DNA from: Gemmatimonadota bacterium
Lineage (GTDB): Bacteria > Gemmatimonadota > Gemmatimonadetes > Gemmatimonadales > Gemmatimonadaceae
DNA: 13,765 bases
Direction: 5' to 3'
NCBI GenBank assembly: GCA_040389905.1
Contig: JAZJZK010000006.1
Coordinates: forward strand, 202,200 to 215,964
The stretch's first letter is position 1, and every line of letters starts with the position of its first letter. Below are positions 9,445-13,765 of the stretch, one piece after another. Under the pieces are notes generated by a model, which saw nothing but the letters and a program-made list of their open reading frames with translations, was not told where the DNA came from and did not search any database. Made by a program: the position numbers and the translations under genes.

Positions 9445-9478
9445 TGTCATCCCGAGCGAAGTCGAGGGATCTGCACTT
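9445..9478 (-). repeat. REP-like palindromic element, copy 3 (inverted, shorter)
   Basis: TGTCATCCCGAGCGAAGTCGAGGGATCTGCACTT is the reverse complement of the family consensus, lacking the internal loop extension. Confidence 0.88.
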
Positions 9479-9491
9479 GGCGCCTGTAAGC

Positions 9492-9537
9492 GAGGTGCAG
9501 ACCCTTCGACTCGCTGCGATCGCTCAGGGTGACAATC
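9492..9537 (+). repeat. REP-like palindromic element, copy 4
   Basis: GAGGTGCAGACCCTTCGACTCGCTGCGATCGCTCAGGGTGACAATC; can pair with copy 3 as a long hairpin. Confidence 0.9.
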
Positions 9538-9596
9538 ATAGCCATGCCCGCCTAACTGAACAGCATTGGAGCTAGCCTACGCCTGGCGTAGCTACG

Positions 9597-11327
9597 CTAA
9601 GCGCCGAGCCCCAGGCGGGACGCCAATGCGACGAATCGCTCGTCGTTCCGAATGACGTCAAATCTCGGATCGACGTGCGCTGCGATGAGATCGAACGCGC
9701 GCTCGTCGAACGCCTCCGTCAACCAGCGGAACGCCACGTCCACATTGCCCAGTCCTAACTCGATCCACCCAAACTCGAGCGGCGATACGTACCTGTCAGC
9801 GGCTCGCTGCTCGAGCGCGGTACGCTCGGCGATCGCCTCCTCTTCGCGGCCCGCAAGTGCGAGCGCGCGTCCGAGTGAACCGATCAGGCGCGGCGTGCGT
9901 GGCGACAGCAGGACCGCGCGCTGGAACGCCGCCGCCGATTCATCAGGATCGCCCAACTGTTCCTGCACGATGCCAAGGGACCAATACGCCGGCGCGAAAT
10001 GCGGGTTCAACTCGATCGTATGATCGCACTGTTCCAGAGCCGCATCGTAGTCGCGGCGATAGTAGTGGATCATCGCCAGATCGCGCGCAACGATCGACGA
10101 GACGGGATCGAGTGACTGCGCCACGATCATCTCCTCGCGCGCCTCGTCGAGCCGGCCGAGCGGGACAAGGCAAGAAGTGGCGTACCAGTGGTGGGCGGTC
10201 GTGTATTGCGGATCACGCTCGATGGCGCGCCGAAAGCCCTCTTCCGCAGCGTGCCAGTCCCAATCCTGCGTCGCCCGCACGTGGGCGAGTGATGTATGTG
10301 CCTCCGCCGAGAGGTCGTCGAGCATCACGGCAGTCTCTGCCGCTGATGCGGCACTCGGCCATGCATCCGCCGGCCCGAGTGCGCCGTAATGCGCAAGCAG
10401 GCCAAAGGCATCCGCGAGCCCAGCGTGTGCCTGCGCGTACTGCGCGTCCTCCCCGATCGCTCGCTCGAAGAACGTCACCGCGCGCGTGAGGCCTTCCTCG
10501 GTTCTTTGATCGAGATGATATCGCCCCTGGCGGTAGAAATTCTGCGCGGCGAGGTTCGCAGCGGGCCGAGCGTGAACGGAGCCAGCTCCGCGCGCCTTTC
10601 CGTCGAGTTGTGCGCGCACTGCCACGGCCGCGCGTTCCTGAATCGCAATCGGATCGGTGACTGGTCCGTCTATCGCATCAGTCCAGAGATACGTGTTCGT
10701 CGCGCCATCGATGAGGTGGACATGAACGCGCAAGCGATCGGCGCCGCACCGAACACTCCCACCAATCAGCAGCGCCGCATGTTCGTGGTCGTTGAAATCA
10801 TCCGCACCCGTCGGCACGGCACTGATGCGCAACGTCGTCAGGTCCGACAGGCGATGAATGATCTCCTCGCGCAGGCCGGCTGTGATGGCGGAAAGGGAGC
10901 GGTCGGAGCTCAAGTCCGCAAAGTGCTGCACGGTGATGGTATTGCGGCCCAGAAGACTCGCGCGCACCGCCCGGTGTGTTGACGACGGCGCGGTGGACGG
11001 GCGAATCACGGGACCATATCCGCCGCGCGGCAGATCGATCACGAGGGGATCCGCAGCGCCTTCAGTGGCATAGTAGCGCTGGAGCTTGGCGCGAAGGCGC
11101 CGCGCCTGCACGCGCACGATGGGATCCGTGCGCGGATCAAACGCCGTCTCCTTGCCGAAGACCCGCGTGGCGACGGTGTATTCCTTGAGAGCGCCAGCGC
11201 GCCCCGCGACTGCTTCACCAACGATGAACTCGAGAAAGCGCTTGAGCCGATCTGCTCGCTCGAACATCGGGCTCGCAATGATCCGCGAAAGCTGTTCGGC
11301 TACGGCTGCTTCGCTCGGATTGGTCAC
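9597..11327 (-). CDS. putative regulator: N-terminal wHTH-like domain, TolB-N-like domain and TPR repeats
   Basis: N-terminal F...RLKRFLEFIV...LKEYTVATRVFG...FDPRTDPIVRVQARRLRAKL..YY...IDLPRGGYGP; TolB-like ITVQHFADLS...GLREEII..L...GSVR...RLRVHVHLID; multiple TPRs (YAQAHAGLADA, AEAHTSLA, FRRAIERDP); GTG start. Confidence 0.9.
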   Translation of the reverse strand: MTNPSEAAVAEQLSRIIASPMFERADRLKRFLEFIVGEAVAGRAGALKEYTVATRVFGKETAFDPRTDPIVRVQARRLRAKLQRYYATEGAADPLVIDLPRGGYGPVIRPSTAPSSTHRAVRASLLGRNTITVQHFADLSSDRSLSAITAGLREEIIHRLSDLTTLRISAVPTGADDFNDHEHAALLIGGSVRCGADRLRVHVHLIDGATNTYLWTDAIDGPVTDPIAIQERAAVAVRAQLDGKARGAGSVHARPAANLAAQNFYRQGRYHLDQRTEEGLTRAVTFFERAIGEDAQYAQAHAGLADAFGLLAHYGALGPADAWPSAASAAETAVMLDDLSAEAHTSLAHVRATQDWDWHAAEEGFRRAIERDPQYTTAHHWYATSCLVPLGRLDEAREEMIVAQSLDPVSSIVARDLAMIHYYRRDYDAALEQCDHTIELNPHFAPAYWSLGIVQEQLGDPDESAAAFQRAVLLSPRTPRLIGSLGRALALAGREEEAIAERTALEQRAADRYVSPLEFGWIELGLGNVDVAFRWLTEAFDERAFDLIAAHVDPRFDVIRNDERFVALASRLGLGA

Positions 11328-11339
11328 GCCCTGAACTTA

Positions 11340-13064
11340 TCAGTCTCCCTTCCGATAGACACGGTTGATGTCCCAGTGTCCCGGCGTCGGCGTGGGCGAG
11401 TTGTCCATGGGCGCCTGGATCACCGTCGGCAGGTCTGACGCGAGCGCCTCCTGCAGCGCTGCGGCGAGGTCCTCGGCGCGCTCGATGGCGACACCGCGCG
11501 CTCCACACGCGCGTGCCATAGCCGCGTAGTCCGCACGGTATGGTTGCCCTCGTCGCGTGAACATCGTGCCGAACGTGGTTTTGTAGTGCATCGACTCGAG
11601 GCCCGCGATCGTGCCGAAGCCGGCGTTGTCCATGACCACCCAGATCACGGGGAGATCGGCCTCCATCGCGGTTGCCACCACGGAGGGATTGGCGCTGAAG
11701 CCGCCATCGCCGACGAGGGACACCGCGGCGCGATGCGGATGTGCCAGCTTGACGCCCAGCACGGCCGCCGGCCCGAAGCCCATCGTCGCGAGACCGCTCG
11801 GCGTTACGAACGTGCCGGGCACCGTGATGGGGAATTGCTGCGCGACGCCGTTCTTGTTCCAGCCGACATCTGTCACGATGAAGCCATCCTGCGGCACGGC
11901 GGCGCGCAGTTCGTGGAGAATCCGCTCGGGTCGCATCGGGAACTGATCGGACGACCACGCACCGGCCCACGTCTTCGAGAAATCGCGACGTCCCTCGGCG
12001 ATACGAGCGCGTAGCGTACCGCGATCGCGCGGCTTCACTCCACGCGCCGCCTCTGCGAGTGCGCCGAGTGCGACCCGCGAATCTGCGACGACGCCGAGCT
12101 CGGTGGGGTAGTTCCTCCCGATCTCTGCGGCATCGATGTCGATGTGCATGAGCCGCGTCGGCGGAATGGAAAAGGTGAACTCGGGGTCCCACGAGCTCGA
12201 ATTCGCCTCGGCGAGCCGTGTACCGACGGCGAGAATGAGATCGGCGGTGCGGCACATCTCGTTGGAGATCGGTAGTCCCCAGAATCCCGTCTGGCCGAGG
12301 AGCAGGGGATGCGTGTCGGGGAGACATCCCTTGCCCATCAGCGAGTGCACGACGGGGACCTCGAGCGCCTCGACGAGCGCCGCCAGCTCGGCAGTCGCGA
12401 GACCGGAGATCACACCGCCACCGGCGTAGATCACCGGCCGCTCGGCACTCGCGAGCGCCTCGACGATTCGCGCGGCGTCGGAAGGATGCAACGTCGGCTG
12501 GACGAGCGGAGCGGGCGTTTTCGTGAACGCGTCGACGGCAAGGTCAGCCGAGAAGATGTCCATCGGCACATCGACGAGTACTGGGCCAGGGCGACCGGAC
12601 TGCGCGAGATGAAACGCCCGCTCCATGATGCGTGGCAAGTCCTCCACGCGATCGACGCGATACACGCGCTTGCAGAATGGCCGATAGATCTGGAACTGGT
12701 CCGCATCCTGGTGGAGGTTGAACTCCTGGTGCGGATGGCGCCCCTGGAAATACGACTGCGGACCACCGGCGATGACGACCATCGGGATGGAATCGAGGGC
12801 CGCGTTCGCGACGCCCGTAACGCCGTTCGTGAGTCCGGGTCCGAGGTGCAGCAGCACGACGCCGGGCTTTCCGGTTGCGCGAGCGTAGCCGTCGGCGGCG
12901 TGCGCTGCAACTTGCTCATGACGTGTGCTGACGAAGCGGATCCTGCTCTTCTCCAGCGCGTCGAGCATGGCGATGACCGTATGGCCACACAGCCCGAACA
13001 CCACTTCGACGCCGAGTCGCTCGAGGTAGTCAGTAAGCAGGTAGGCTGCGATGCGTTTCGACAT
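11340..13064 (-). CDS. thiamine-diphosphate-dependent enzyme (acetolactate-synthase-like superfamily)
   Basis: Start MSKRIAAYLL at ATG 13064 (TGATG overlap with the upstream stop); FGLCGHT, TRHEQ (catalytic Glu), GPGLTN, GRPGPVLVDVPMD, ThDP motif GDGGF...VVMDN. Confidence 0.93.
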   Translation of the reverse strand: MSKRIAAYLLTDYLERLGVEVVFGLCGHTVIAMLDALEKSRIRFVSTRHEQVAAHAADGYARATGKPGVVLLHLGPGLTNGVTGVANAALDSIPMVVIAGGPQSYFQGRHPHQEFNLHQDADQFQIYRPFCKRVYRVDRVEDLPRIMERAFHLAQSGRPGPVLVDVPMDIFSADLAVDAFTKTPAPLVQPTLHPSDAARIVEALASAERPVIYAGGGVISGLATAELAALVEALEVPVVHSLMGKGCLPDTHPLLLGQTGFWGLPISNEMCRTADLILAVGTRLAEANSSSWDPEFTFSIPPTRLMHIDIDAAEIGRNYPTELGVVADSRVALGALAEAARGVKPRDRGTLRARIAEGRRDFSKTWAGAWSSDQFPMRPERILHELRAAVPQDGFIVTDVGWNKNGVAQQFPITVPGTFVTPSGLATMGFGPAAVLGVKLAHPHRAAVSLVGDGGFSANPSVVATAMEADLPVIWVVMDNAGFGTIAGLESMHYKTTFGTMFTRRGQPYRADYAAMARACGARGVAIERAEDLAAALQEALASDLPTVIQAPMDNSPTPTPGHWDINRVYRKGD

Positions 13065-13765
13065 CAGAACACCTCGCTCCCGAAAAACTCGCCGAACAAC
13101 TCCGGTTCCGAGGGACGATCTTCGGCGATGGGCCGACTCACCCACGTGACATTCATGTAGTGCTTGAGTGAGATGTTCTCATTGGTGATGTTGCCGCCCC
13201 ACACGCCGCACCCCATGCTCGAGGTCATCGGCATTCCGTTGGTGAACGAGCCGGCGTTACCGGCGGACTGCACCTGCCGCACCATGATGCGGCTCACGGG
13301 CGCCATGCGCGCGAGCTGATCGATGTGCTCGTCGTTGAAGGAATAGATGCCGCAGGAGTGGCCCTTGCCGCCGGTTTCGAGAATACGCCGCACCATATCG
13401 AGGGCATTGTCGAAACCGTGGTAGCGAAAGACGGCGAGTACGGGTCCGAGTTTTTCCGTCGAGAAGGGATGCGATCGGCCGACTTCCGTCTCTTCCGTCA
13501 TGAGAAACTTGGTTCCTGCAGGCACGTCGATTCCCGCGAGCTCAGCGATCACTGTGGCGGCGCGCGCAATGGTATTCGACGTCCGACGGCCTTCGGCATC
13601 CCAGTACACGGCGCGCAGCCTCTCGCGATCGGCGGCAGTCAACAGGTAGCCATTTTCCGCGACGAGTCGCGCGAGCATGGCGTCATAGATGGACGCGTCG
13701 ATCAGCAGGTTGCCGTCGGCCGAGCAGCCGGAGCCGTTGTCGTTGGTCTTGCTGATGCGCGTGTT
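13064..13765 (-). CDS. acylating aldehyde dehydrogenase (SauS/EutE/AdhE-ALDH-like), 5'-truncated by the window
   Basis: Frame is open to the window edge: NTRISKTNDNGSGCSADGN (likely catalytic Cys), FSTEKLGPVL, GKGHSCGIYS, SMGCGVWGGNITNENISLKHYMNVTWVSRPI. Confidence 0.9.
   Translation of the reverse strand, partial: NTRISKTNDNGSGCSADGNLLIDASIYDAMLARLVAENGYLLTAADRERLRAVYWDAEGRRTSNTIARAATVIAELAGIDVPAGTKFLMTEETEVGRSHPFSTEKLGPVLAVFRYHGFDNALDMVRRILETGGKGHSCGIYSFNDEHIDQLARMAPVSRIMVRQVQSAGNAGSFTNGMPMTSSMGCGVWGGNITNENISLKHYMNVTWVSRPIAEDRPSEPELFGEFFGSEVF

Larger units (their letters stand above)
9425..9568. mobile_element. 144-bp MITE-like element with 18-bp terminal inverted repeats enclosing an inverted REP doublet
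   Basis: Left CAATACGGTTCAGATAGG (9425-9442) versus reverse complement of 9551-9568 CAATGCTGTTCAGTTAGG: 15/18 identical. Confidence 0.6.

Noticed and set aside
9334..9537. CRISPR array
   Set aside because: Copies differ in length and orientation, spacing is irregular and there are no cas genes; a REP-like family fits better.
9577..9591. CTACGCC-T-GGCGTAG palindrome as a terminator
   Set aside because: Short stem with no U tract; cannot be supported as an intrinsic terminator.
9597..11327. Adenylate cyclase call
   Set aside because: No class III cyclase catalytic domain is visible.
11340..13064. Assigning xsc, ilvB or gcl
   Set aside because: The N-terminal loop (GLCGHT) differs from what I recall for Xsc and AHAS, the catalytic Glu is present (unlike Gcl), and no small subunit gene follows.
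13065..13145. N-terminal extension of the ThDP ORF given in the track
   Set aside because: It overlaps the ALDH 3' end; ATG 13064 with TGATG coupling is the more plausible start.

Overview
GC-rich bacterial accessory region. The PEP-CTERM and TolB-like/TPR gene styles suggest Gemmatimonadota or a similar lineage (inference). From left to right it contains: a 14-bp tandem repeat; an NHL-repeat PEP-CTERM surface protein whose 3' end overlaps a 28-bp inverted-repeat element; and a minus-strand putative operon of an exported PDZ-less trypsin-like protease, an FHA/multi-TM membrane protein and a small membrane-anchored protein. Next come a decayed Tat-signal carboxylesterase pseudogene, an intact CE1-like esterase, an internally deleted SDR pseudogene, a GAGC-rich repeat tract, a Zn-ADH 3' remnant, a GtHNL-like cupin, and an AraC/YqhC-type regulator divergent from an SDR. 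These are followed by a family of REP-like palindromes, one pair nested inside IS4-like terminal inverted repeats. The window ends with the 3' part of a minus-strand operon: acylating (SauS-like) aldehyde dehydrogenase, ThDP-dependent enzyme, and a wHTH-like/TolB-N/TPR protein. The best candidates for undescribed systems are the protease-FHA membrane module and the ALDH-ThDP-TPR catabolic operon. Family assignments come from motif recognition only; no database searches were run.
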